Shown: positions 50,035-59,060 of the stretch, in pieces
Position numbering within the stretch: position 1 is the stretch's first letter
Layout: every line of letters begins with the position of its first letter
NCBI GenBank assembly: GCA_963755125.1
Contig: CAVWIP010000002.1
Span: forward strand, 32,001 to 96,000
Source: an uncultured delta proteobacterium
Lineage (GTDB): Bacteria; Myxococcota_A; Polyangia; Fen-1088
DNA: 64,000 bases
Reading direction: 5' to 3'
The notes under the pieces: generated by a model
Told to the model about the DNA's origin: nothing
The model's database searches: none
Seen by the model: the letters and a program-made list of their open reading frames with translations, nothing else
Translations under genes and position numbers: made by a program

Positions 50035-50325
50035 CGAGAAACCTCCTGTCTTGAAACCGTTGTGTTGAAAATGTTGCTGACAGCAAGACCTTCTCTCTAG
50101 CAAGGGGCGTGCGCCGGCACACCCCTTGCGTCATGAATTGCCTGTCGACCTAGCAGTAGCGCCTGAAGCAGTTTCGGTTCAAACGGCTGTTTGCCAGCTA
50201 GCATTAGGCCAGGTGACCGTCACCGCCTCCGCCCGTCCGGATTCACTCTGCTTCTCTTCGATCCCTTCTTGGCACCAGACCGCGGGCGAGGCGAATCCGA
50301 GCGGAGCGGTAGAGAAGGCGAGTTA

Positions 50326-51358
50326 ACCCCTGTGCTCACCTGAGTGGAAATAGTTCTTGCCTTGATGGGTAGCCCATGATCTCTTGGGCGCATGGCAGAA
50401 CCGTACTCGACCGAACTGAGGAACCGTGTGGTCCGAGCCTACGAAGCGGGCGAAGGTGGCTACGCCGCTGTTGGTGTCCGATTTGACGTCTGCGCAGCCA
50501 CGGTCTTCCGCTGGGTTCGACTCTATCGAGCCAACGGCGATACGACGCCACGACCCAAAAGAGGCGGAACGCCGTCGACCATCGCCGCCGAGGAAATCGC
50601 CGGCTTGCTCGACAAGCTGGGCGACCCCACAGCGAAAGAACTGACGGCGGAGTTCAACCGCGGCCGGCGCGGGCGAGCGCGGGTCCATGCATCGAGTATG
50701 AAGAGAGCGCTTCATCGTCACGGCTACGTGGTCAAAAAAAACGCCGCCGGCCGCTGGAGAGTCTGCGGCCCGAAGTCATAGCGAAGCGCGGCGCCTACCG
50801 ACGCTGGATCGCCCGCGTCCCCACGGATCGCCTGGTATTTCTCGACGAGTCGGGGCTGAACACCTCGATGGGGCGGAGCCACGCGTGGGTCAAGCGCGGA
50901 TGCGAGTTTATCGACCGGGTGCCGATGAACTGGGGCAAGAACCTGACCCTCTATGGAGCGATTCGCCGCTCCGGTTGGGTGGCCCTCAACACCGCCTTCG
51001 AATCGGCGAACGCAGACCGTTTCGTCAACTGGCTGTCGACCAGTCTGCTTCCCAAGCTTCGCAGAGGCGACGTCCTGGTCATGGACAACCTCAAAGCTCA
51101 CCACGACCCACGCGTTCGTCCTGTCTGTGGAGGGTACAGCATCCGCGTCGTGTACCTGCCGCCCTATTCGCCCGACTACAACCCCATTGAGCCGGGATGG
51201 GCGCTGCAAAAACAGCTCGTCCGCAAGCACGCGCCTCGCAATGCCCACGCGCTCAGACGCATCGCCCGACGCGCACGCTATCGCGTCAGCTCCCGCCACT
51301 GTCGCAATTGGTTCACCCATGCCGGCTATCCATGAACAACTCAGGCGATCCCTGGGGT
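50326..51358 (+). mobile_element. IS630-family element (1033 bp)
   Basis: Ends ACCCCTGTGCTCACCTGAGT / rc ACCCCAGGGATCGCCTGAGT; TA duplicated at 50324-25 and 51359-60. Confidence 0.93.
50392..51335 (+). CDS. IS630 transposase, -1 frameshift at the A8 run 50734-50741
   Basis: OrfA YSTELRNRVV HTH; -1 frame KKRRR...LVFLDESG...MDNLKAH...LPPYSPDYNPIE. Confidence 0.92.
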
Positions 51359-51780
51359 TAGTTGGCCCGGGGCATCTGCTTGTAGCAGTTGTCCGTGGTC
51401 ATGGTGGCATCGAGTTGCGAGGATGTCGCGACCAGGCGAATCGGCTCCCAGCGGTCCTTGCTGCCCAGTCCCCGCCAGCGAAGCTGCCCGACCCAGTCAC
51501 CGTGATCGTCGGCTTCGAGCCGCAGCATCTCCTCACCGACTGAGTAGCCGAAAAGCCCGGCCTTGCCCAGGTGAGAGACGCGCCCTGTGGCTTTCTTCCC
51601 ATCAACCCGGAACTCGACAACCATGCCCGCCATCTCGTCGCACGTCACAGACCAGCGGCCGGCAATGGGACCAGGATCCTTCTGCCAGGGAAAGCGCTCA
51701 TCCGCGCCACGGGCCGTCGCCACAAGGGCTGTCGCTAGGAAAAGCAGCGACGCACCCAATATCCGTTTAGAAATCGGCAT
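51358..51780 (-). CDS. Hypothetical secreted protein
   Basis: Signal peptide MPISKRILGASLLFLATALVATARG; the IS630 sits in its stop codon and recreates TAA. Confidence 0.65.
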   Translation of the reverse strand: MPISKRILGASLLFLATALVATARGADERFPWQKDPGPIAGRWSVTCDEMAGMVVEFRVDGKKATGRVSHLGKAGLFGYSVGEEMLRLEADDHGDWVGQLRWRGLGSKDRWEPIRLVATSSQLDATMTTDNCYKQMPRAN

Positions 51781-52301
51781 GAACCACCTCGGCTGTTGCA
51801 ACTCTTGTCCGCAGCGGAAACCACAAGGCGCGAGCTTGAATGAAAGAGCTCGTGGTCGCCACAAGAACCTTGAAGAGAATGCAGGCCTGGTGGGTTGCGA
51901 TCGATACCCCGAAACGGCGCGCGGGGGGCGGACACATACACACGAAGTCGAGCGCCGCGATCAGCAACGTGCGCTGGCGATGGGCGTGGATCCTTAGAAG
52001 TTGCCGGGGGCCCCGAGATGTTGCCCAACCGCGTTGAGAATGCTATGGGCGACAGGGCTCGTTGCAAGCAGGCGCGCGACGCGTACCTCGCCCGCTATCC
52101 CCGCGGCGTGCACGTCACCGTGGTCAACGCCCGGTGCGGCGGTTCGTAGCCGGGCTTCCCGTCCGCGCAAAGACAATCTGCAAGACCAATCGAACCGACG
52201 GGCCAGTAGACGGAGCAATCTGCTCAACCCCTGGCGCGCGTCGAATCTTGTGCGAAGAAACGCTTTCCAGGTAAAAAGGGACGCCGTAATTTGGCCCCTT
52301 C

Positions 52302-53315
52302 ATGCTGAAGCACCTCATCGCCAGACTGATGGTCAGCCGCAGCAAAAGCCGTCAGCATCCCATCGAGTATCTCGAACAGAAGCACGTGAACCTCGACGAG
52401 CCCTACCCCAACGACAGCTCCTATTTTTACGGCAGCGACAAGGCGGGGAATGCTTTCATCACCCGCATGGCTTTCCGCGGCCCGAACCGCCCCCACGAGT
52501 GCTGGTTCGATTTTCGTCTTGCGGGAATTGGTTCCTTTGGCATCAAGGACGATCCCGGCCCCGACGGCGCCGGCTTCCAGATGGGCGGGTTGCAATGGGT
52601 TTGCGTGGAGGTCGGGAAGAAATGGCGGGTCAGCTACCAGGGGCCGGTGACGGATGCGCAAGGCCAGCCGCACGCCTGCAAGACGGATCTGCTCTTTACC
52701 GGGGAGCATCCCGTCTACGACTACGCCAGAAGCTCCGACCGGAACCTCATCGCCAAGGCCATAGCCTCGGAGAAGTGGACAAGGGATTTTTTTCACGCGA
52801 TGAAAGACACCCACCAGGTCCATTACGAACAGACCGGTGCCTTCGCCGGGAGCATCGAACTCGACGGCCGACGCCATGACCTGAACCTGAGGGCGTCGCG
52901 CGACCACTCCTTCGGCTCGCGCAACTGGCTGACGTGGGACCGCCACTACTGGTTCACCGGCATCGCGGACGACGGCCACCACTTCACGGTCACCACCATC
53001 AAATGGCAATTTCTCGGACGGTTGACCGCTGGTTTCATCACCGGGGCCGACGGTGTGACCGATGCCATCGTGGACACCACCGATCTGGAAACCATCCACC
53101 GCGACGGACTAAAGCCCGATCAGGGCACGATCGAGATCATCGCCCGCAGCGGGAAGAAGCACATCCTGGAATTCCACCGGCACGGGGAATTCGCCTATCT
53201 GCATGACGGGAAGTACATGATGCGCGAAGGGATCGCCAGCTATCGGTTCAACGGCGTTGACGGCCTCGGCATGGCCGAATATGGATTTCATGCCGACCTC
53301 TATCGGGTCGACTGA
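52302..53315 (+). CDS. Hypothetical protein, aromatic-rich, possibly AttH/tocopherol-cyclase-like fold
   Basis: DSSYFY, HYEQTG, RDHSFG..W motifs; 3 bp upstream of the PEP-utilising enzyme. Confidence 0.6.
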   Translation: MLKHLIARLMVSRSKSRQHPIEYLEQKHVNLDEPYPNDSSYFYGSDKAGNAFITRMAFRGPNRPHECWFDFRLAGIGSFGIKDDPGPDGAGFQMGGLQWVCVEVGKKWRVSYQGPVTDAQGQPHACKTDLLFTGEHPVYDYARSSDRNLIAKAIASEKWTRDFFHAMKDTHQVHYEQTGAFAGSIELDGRRHDLNLRASRDHSFGSRNWLTWDRHYWFTGIADDGHHFTVTTIKWQFLGRLTAGFITGADGVTDAIVDTTDLETIHRDGLKPDQGTIEIIARSGKKHILEFHRHGEFAYLHDGKYMMREGIASYRFNGVDGLGMAEYGFHADLYRVD

Positions 53316-53318
53316 GTC

Positions 53319-55715
53319 TTGTTCCACTTCATACGCGACGTGGGGGACCTGCCTGCGGGTGGCAAAGCCCGCGGGTTGAAAGTCCTGCATCGACTCGGGC
53401 TCCGGGTTCCCGAGTCGTTCGTGATCATCCAGCCTGACGGGCAGGAACTACCGGAAGACGTTCTGGCAACCCACCTTCGCGCTCTGGGCGACGGACCCAA
53501 GGCGGTGCGCTCCTCTGCGGTGAGCGAGGACGGCTTGCACGCCTCTTTCGCCGGCCAGTTTGCATCCTATCTGAACGTCAGTGGCATCGAAGCAGTGAAG
53601 GCGGCCATCCACAAGTGCGCTACCTCTGGCAGCGCTGACAGGGTCTCCTTGTATGCCAAAGAAATCCACGACCGCGCTGACACCCGCGTCTCGGTCATCG
53701 TGCAGAACATGGTGCAGGCCGCGAGGGCGGGGGTCATTTTCAGCGCCGATCCGGTGAGCAACCGTCGGGACAAGATGGTGATCAGCGCCGCGGCCGGTGC
53801 CGGCGATGTTCTGGTCAGCGGCAAGAAGGATGCCGTCCAGTATCGACTGTTCAACAGCGGCAAGAACATCGCTTCACAGATCGCCAGGAACGGCGATCTG
53901 CTGTCCGCAGCGCAGGTGCGGGAACTGATGGCCGGGGCCAGACAGGCGGAGAAGGCATACGGTCACCCGGTTGATCTCGAGTGGGTGATCGACAGCGCGG
54001 GCACAATCCACTGGTTGCAGGTGCGGCCGATCACGACCCTGGATGACGTGCATTTCAACGAGCTCGACGACGTGAAGCAGGAGAGCAGCGACGTTTGGTC
54101 GCTGGGAAACATCGGCGAGATGATGCCGGGGGTTGTCACCCCGCTCACCTACTCGGTCTGCGGCCGGGCCATCGATATCGGACTCGGCACCCTGGCCGCG
54201 CGCTCCGGCGTGATCCCGATGCAGGACATCAGGAAATGGCGCTCGCTTGAGCTGTTCTACAACCGGCTCTTCTTCAACATGAGCCGCTACATGGCCTATG
54301 TGCAGCGGCTGGCGCTGAACAAGAAGGAGAACGTCCTCATCTCACTGAGCGCCACCGATGTGCCCGAACTGAGGGTGGGGAAGTTGGATCCAGTCGTGCT
54401 CCGGTGCCTGCGTTTTCTCAAGCAGATCACCACCATCCAGTTTGCGGGCCGGAGCGTGAAGAAGCTGCGCAGGCTGGAACAGGGTCTTCACCTGGAGATG
54501 ACCGGCGACCTCCACAAGGACTACCAAACCCTCGACTTCGCCTTCGAGCGGTTGGTGGATGCTTTTTGCTTTCATCTCCTTGGCTCGGCGCAATCGGGCT
54601 TCTACTACTCGATTCTCATAGGTATCGTGACCGGCAACAAACGGCGTCCCCAGGCGCGCGACCACGCCCTGGCTGCGCACCTTCTCGCCGACAACCCCGC
54701 CATCGAAAGCGCCGACGCGGTAAAATCGCTCGAACGGTTCGCCGAGCAGGTGCGCGGTGCTGCCGCACTTGCTGAGCAGCTATCGTCCGTGACCCCGTCC
54801 GCGGCACTGAACTTGATCCAGGAACATGCCCCGACCCATGTTCGGGACAGCTACCAGGCGTTCTTGCAGCGGCACGGCCACCGCTGCGTACGAGAGGCGG
54901 AGTTGCGAGAGAAGCCCTGGGAAGAAGACCAGGAGCAGCTGGTCTCCATGATCCAGACTTCGCTGAGAGCCAGACCGCAGGCAAGGAGCAAGCGTGACGA
55001 TGCCGACCAGCTTCGTCTGCTCATGAAGCAACAGCTCACGGTCACACAGCGCCTCTTCATCAAGCTGTTCAGCAGAGCCGCACGCAAGGCCGTTGCCAAT
55101 CGCGAAATGACCAAGGCACTATCCATGAGGATAGTCAACCGAACCCGCAAAGCCTACCGGAGCTATGCCACGACGCTGGTGCAACACGGCCTTCTCGACG
55201 ACACCGACCAGATCTACTTTCTCACCCCGGAGGAGATCGGGCGGCTCATCGAGGACCACAACCCTGCCTGGAAGGTGAAGGCCAACAAGCGCCGGATTCA
55301 GCTCCCGGAGACCGCGAAGCTGCAATTTCCTTTGATGAACGTGGGAATCCCCGAGCCACTCGAAGAGGAAGAGCCGGTCAGCATCGCCGGCAACCAGATC
55401 AGGGGCATTCCCGTCAGCCGCGGTGTCGTCAGGGCCCGCGCCCGCATCGTCAACAGCATCGCTGAAGCGGCCGCGCTACAACAGGGCGAGATCATGGTGG
55501 TGTCATTCACCGACATCGGCTGGACCCCTTACTTCAGCGTGATTGGGGGGCTCATTACCGAGATCGGCAGTCCGCTGTCCCACGGGGCTGTGGTGGCGCG
55601 CGAGTACGGCATCCCCGCCGTGGTCTCTGCCAAGGGTGCCCGCCAGTTCATCAAGACCGGGGACATGGTGGCGCTGGATGGGACGAGCGGGACGGTGGAA
55701 CTGGCGGGAGGGTAG
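53319..55715 (+). CDS. PEP-utilising phosphotransferase (rifampin phosphotransferase/PigC-type architecture)
   Basis: GGKA, AVRSSA..ED...SFAGQ, QVRPITT, NIGEMMPG; C-terminal TDIGWTP, LSHGAVVAREYGIP. Confidence 0.9.
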   Translation: MFHFIRDVGDLPAGGKARGLKVLHRLGLRVPESFVIIQPDGQELPEDVLATHLRALGDGPKAVRSSAVSEDGLHASFAGQFASYLNVSGIEAVKAAIHKCATSGSADRVSLYAKEIHDRADTRVSVIVQNMVQAARAGVIFSADPVSNRRDKMVISAAAGAGDVLVSGKKDAVQYRLFNSGKNIASQIARNGDLLSAAQVRELMAGARQAEKAYGHPVDLEWVIDSAGTIHWLQVRPITTLDDVHFNELDDVKQESSDVWSLGNIGEMMPGVVTPLTYSVCGRAIDIGLGTLAARSGVIPMQDIRKWRSLELFYNRLFFNMSRYMAYVQRLALNKKENVLISLSATDVPELRVGKLDPVVLRCLRFLKQITTIQFAGRSVKKLRRLEQGLHLEMTGDLHKDYQTLDFAFERLVDAFCFHLLGSAQSGFYYSILIGIVTGNKRRPQARDHALAAHLLADNPAIESADAVKSLERFAEQVRGAAALAEQLSSVTPSAALNLIQEHAPTHVRDSYQAFLQRHGHRCVREAELREKPWEEDQEQLVSMIQTSLRARPQARSKRDDADQLRLLMKQQLTVTQRLFIKLFSRAARKAVANREMTKALSMRIVNRTRKAYRSYATTLVQHGLLDDTDQIYFLTPEEIGRLIEDHNPAWKVKANKRRIQLPETAKLQFPLMNVGIPEPLEEEEPVSIAGNQIRGIPVSRGVVRARARIVNSIAEAAALQQGEIMVVSFTDIGWTPYFSVIGGLITEIGSPLSHGAVVAREYGIPAVVSAKGARQFIKTGDMVALDGTSGTVELAGG

Positions 55716-55851
55716 TGTTCTTCGCCAGGCGATCACCGTTGCGTGTCGATTGCCACGGCTCCACCCGAAGGTGGCATTGAGGCAAACCCGTGGCAATCGC
55801 GTGCGCATCGACAACCTGATACGCTGGCTGACCCCGACCGATGGAGGATCC

Positions 55852-58800
55852 ATGACACGCCATCGCCCGATTCCGTTCTTTGGCTGCGCTGGACTGGTGC
55901 TCGCCGTGGCAGCAGGTCTAAGCTCCTATGCCGGAGAGAGCCCGGCGGCGTCCGGATGTGACACCGCCGATCTGCTCGCGGGTCGGATGCCGTCCGCCCA
56001 CGCCGACATCCACGGCAACGTGGCACTGGTCACCGACGGCGCAGTTGCTTCCGAGGGCGCGCCGTGGGACGCGCCCGCTGCTGTCAAGCTGGCAAGCCAC
56101 GCTGCCTCGATAACCTATGACCTGGGCGGGCCGCGCAAGGTGAGCGCGCTCTATGTGCAAGCCGACGCCAACGACACCTACAAGATCGCCGGATCGAGCG
56201 ACGGGCAGCCGGGCAGCTTCCGGGTGCTGGCGGAGGTTGCGAACGTGGTCGACCGGGGCCACGGCCTGCGCGTGCGCTCGGTCCAGATCGAACCGGTGAC
56301 CGTGCGCTACCTGCGCCTGGGCGATCCGGAGGGCGACGGCTTCTTCTCGGTTTCCGAGTTCGCTGCGTATTGCCTGGCCCCGACACCCTTCCCACCGGTC
56401 ATGCGAGTCGGCGATGCGGCCCCTGCCACCGGCCCGCAGCCCGCCGGGGAGGCGGGAATCGCGGAGCCCGCGACGCGCGCCCCGATTGGCTGGATCGAGA
56501 TCGTGCTCGGCGTGGCGATCGTGTCGCTGGCCGGCGTGCGAATGGCCCGACGCCGCAAGGGCGCAAGGACGGCTGCGAGCAGTGCGGAGGGACAGCCCTT
56601 TGCGCTTCTCCTGATGCTGTTCGTGGGCAGCGGATGTGCAGCGCTTATCTACGAGATCGTCTGGTTTCAGATGTTGCAGCTCGTGCTCGGATCTTCGGCG
56701 GTTTCCATCGCGGTGCTGCTGGGAACCTTCATGGGCGGAATGTGCCTGGGTAGCCTAGGGCTTGCACGCTTCGTCTCGCGCCAGCGGCACCCCTTGCGGG
56801 TGTACGCCATTCTCGAAATGGGGATCGGCATTTCCGGGATGCTGATGCTGGGGGCGGTGCCTCTGGTCGAGGTCGCCTATACGGCGGTGGTCGGGCACGG
56901 CGTCCCGGGACTGCTCCTGCGCGGCCTGTTCGCGGCGTTCTGTCTATTGCCTCCGACGGTGATGATGGGGGCGACGCTGCCTGCGGTTTCCCGCTGGGTG
57001 GAGATGAGCCGGCGCGGCGTCTCGTGGCTCGGGACCTTCTATGGCGGCAACACCCTTGGGGCTGTGTTCGGCTGTCTGCTCGCGGGCTTCTACCTGCTCC
57101 GGGTTCACGACATGCACACCGCAACCTACGTTGCCGTCGCTTTGAACGCGGCGGTGGCCGCCGGAGCGTTCGCGCTCGCGCGCATCCGTCCCGGGGTGGT
57201 ACCGCGCGAGCGCAGCCACGACCTTGTCGACGCTGCGGTGCCAGGCCCAGGCGCGCCGGCCTGGATCATCTACCTCGCGATCGGGCTTTCAGGGATGAGC
57301 GCGCTCGGCGCAGAGGTGATCTGGACGCGGCTGTTCGGGCTGCTGCTGAGCCACACCACGTACACCTTCTCGATCATCTTGGCGGTGTTCTTGATCGGAA
57401 TCGGGCTGGGCAGCGGTGTCGGCTCGTCGCTGGCGCGCCGGACGCCCGATGCGCGGCGTGCGCTCGGCCTGGCGCAGCTCGCGCTGGTCGTCGCGATCGC
57501 TTGGGCGTCGTGGAACATCACCAGCTTGCTGCCGTACTGGCCTGTCAATCCGCGGCTGGCGGCCACCCCCTGGAGCCAGTTCCAGATCGATCTGGTCCGC
57601 TGCCTGTGGGCCATCCTGCCCGCTGCCTGCCTTTGGGGGGCCAGCTTTCCGCTGGCGCTGGCGGCGGTCGCGTCCAAGGGAAGTGATGGGGGCGCGGTGG
57701 TGGGCCGGGTCTACGCCGCCAACACGGTGGGCGCCATCATCGGGGCGCTGGGCACCAGCCTGGTGGTGATTGCCTCGGTCGGGACGCAGAACGGCGAGCG
57801 AATCCTGATTGCGATTTCGGCCCTGGCCGCCGCCGTGACCCTGGTTCCGGTGCGGGTGTTCGATCCTGCGGCGCCGCGGTTGACGACTCGAAGTGCAATC
57901 TGGACCTTGTCCATTGTCGCGCTGGCCGTGCTGCTGGGGCGCAACGTGATCGCGGTTCCGCCGCTGCTGGTGGCGCACGGCCGCTTTTCGGCGGTCGAGC
58001 GAACCACGAAAGAGACATTTCTCTATGTCGGAGAGGGGATGAATTCGTCCCCGGCGGTCTCAAGGGACCTGAACGGAATCATCAGCTACGCCAACGCTGG
58101 CAAGGTCCAGGCGTCCACGCTTCCCCAGGACATGCGGCTGCAGCGCATGCTCGGGCATTTCACGACGTTGGTCCCTGCGGAGCCGCGCAATGTCCTGGTG
58201 ATCGCCTGCGGGGCGGGTGTCACGGCCGGCGCGGCCAGCATCGATCCCCGGGTCGAGCACCTGACCATTGCGGAGATCGAGCCGCTGGTCCCGGGAGTAG
58301 CTGCGAAGTACTTCGGCAACCACAACCAGCACGTGATTGACAATCCCAAGGTGCACGTCGAAGTGGACGACGCGCGGCACTTCCTCACCACGACCAGGCA
58401 GAAGTTCGACGCCATCACTTCGGACCCGTTCGATCCCTGGGTCAAAGGCGCCGCCAATCTCTACACGCGCGAGTTTTGGGAGCTGGCCAAACGGCACCTC
58501 AATCCAGGCGGTGTGGTGACAGTGTTCGTGCAGCTCTATGACAGCGGCATGGCGGCGGTGAAGAGCGAGGTCGCGACCTTCTTCGAGGCGTTTCCCAACG
58601 GGACCATCTGGGGCAACACGGTCCAGGGACAAGGCTACGACGTCGTGCTGCTGGGGCAGGTGGAGCCGACCCGCATCGACGTCGACGCGATGGAGGGCCG
58701 CCTGCAGACCCCGGAGTTCCTCCCGGTCGTGCAGTCGTTGCGCCAGATCGGCTTCGACTCAGCCGTCGCGCTGCTCTCCACCTACGGTGGGCGGGCCGCC

Positions 58801-59010
58801 GAGATCGTGCCCTGGCTGAGGGACGCCGAGATCAACCGCGACGACAACCTGCGCCTGCAATTCCTGGCGGGATTCGGCATGAACGTCGATCAGCGCGCGG
58901 AGATCTATCGGGGCGTGCTTGCGCTCAGGCATTTCCCTGAAGACCTGTTCATTGGCTCGGCCGGCAATCTAAACGCATTGCGCGCCGCGATCGTGGCCGG
59001 CGCGCAATGA
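55852..59010 (+). CDS. Discoidin/galactose-binding-like domain fused to membrane spermidine-synthase-like protein
   Basis: GGAGG RBS; signal peptide; ITYDLG...VRYLR; SGCAALIYEIVW, NTLGA TM repeats; GAGVTAG, EIEP, DDAR, FDAITSDP. Confidence 0.85.
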   Translation: MTRHRPIPFFGCAGLVLAVAAGLSSYAGESPAASGCDTADLLAGRMPSAHADIHGNVALVTDGAVASEGAPWDAPAAVKLASHAASITYDLGGPRKVSALYVQADANDTYKIAGSSDGQPGSFRVLAEVANVVDRGHGLRVRSVQIEPVTVRYLRLGDPEGDGFFSVSEFAAYCLAPTPFPPVMRVGDAAPATGPQPAGEAGIAEPATRAPIGWIEIVLGVAIVSLAGVRMARRRKGARTAASSAEGQPFALLLMLFVGSGCAALIYEIVWFQMLQLVLGSSAVSIAVLLGTFMGGMCLGSLGLARFVSRQRHPLRVYAILEMGIGISGMLMLGAVPLVEVAYTAVVGHGVPGLLLRGLFAAFCLLPPTVMMGATLPAVSRWVEMSRRGVSWLGTFYGGNTLGAVFGCLLAGFYLLRVHDMHTATYVAVALNAAVAAGAFALARIRPGVVPRERSHDLVDAAVPGPGAPAWIIYLAIGLSGMSALGAEVIWTRLFGLLLSHTTYTFSIILAVFLIGIGLGSGVGSSLARRTPDARRALGLAQLALVVAIAWASWNITSLLPYWPVNPRLAATPWSQFQIDLVRCLWAILPAACLWGASFPLALAAVASKGSDGGAVVGRVYAANTVGAIIGALGTSLVVIASVGTQNGERILIAISALAAAVTLVPVRVFDPAAPRLTTRSAIWTLSIVALAVLLGRNVIAVPPLLVAHGRFSAVERTTKETFLYVGEGMNSSPAVSRDLNGIISYANAGKVQASTLPQDMRLQRMLGHFTTLVPAEPRNVLVIACGAGVTAGAASIDPRVEHLTIAEIEPLVPGVAAKYFGNHNQHVIDNPKVHVEVDDARHFLTTTRQKFDAITSDPFDPWVKGAANLYTREFWELAKRHLNPGGVVTVFVQLYDSGMAAVKSEVATFFEAFPNGTIWGNTVQGQGYDVVLLGQVEPTRIDVDAMEGRLQTPEFLPVVQSLRQIGFDSAVALLSTYGGRAAEIVPWLRDAEINRDDNLRLQFLAGFGMNVDQRAEIYRGVLALRHFPEDLFIGSAGNLNALRAAIVAGAQ

Positions 59011-59060
59011 CGTGCTTCTCGGCGGCGCCTCGCCAGGAACCGTCGAGTCTGTTCACCCGA

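Noticed and set aside
50100..50129. Inverted repeat GCAAGGGG...CCCCTTGC upstream of GH5, containing a sigma54-like string
   Set aside because: The sigma54-like match faces away from the gene; it could be an operator but there is no second instance
51895..52149. YLARYPRGVH fragment resembling TPR/anti-sigma C-termini
   Set aside because: Too short and lacks a credible start; at most a gene remnant
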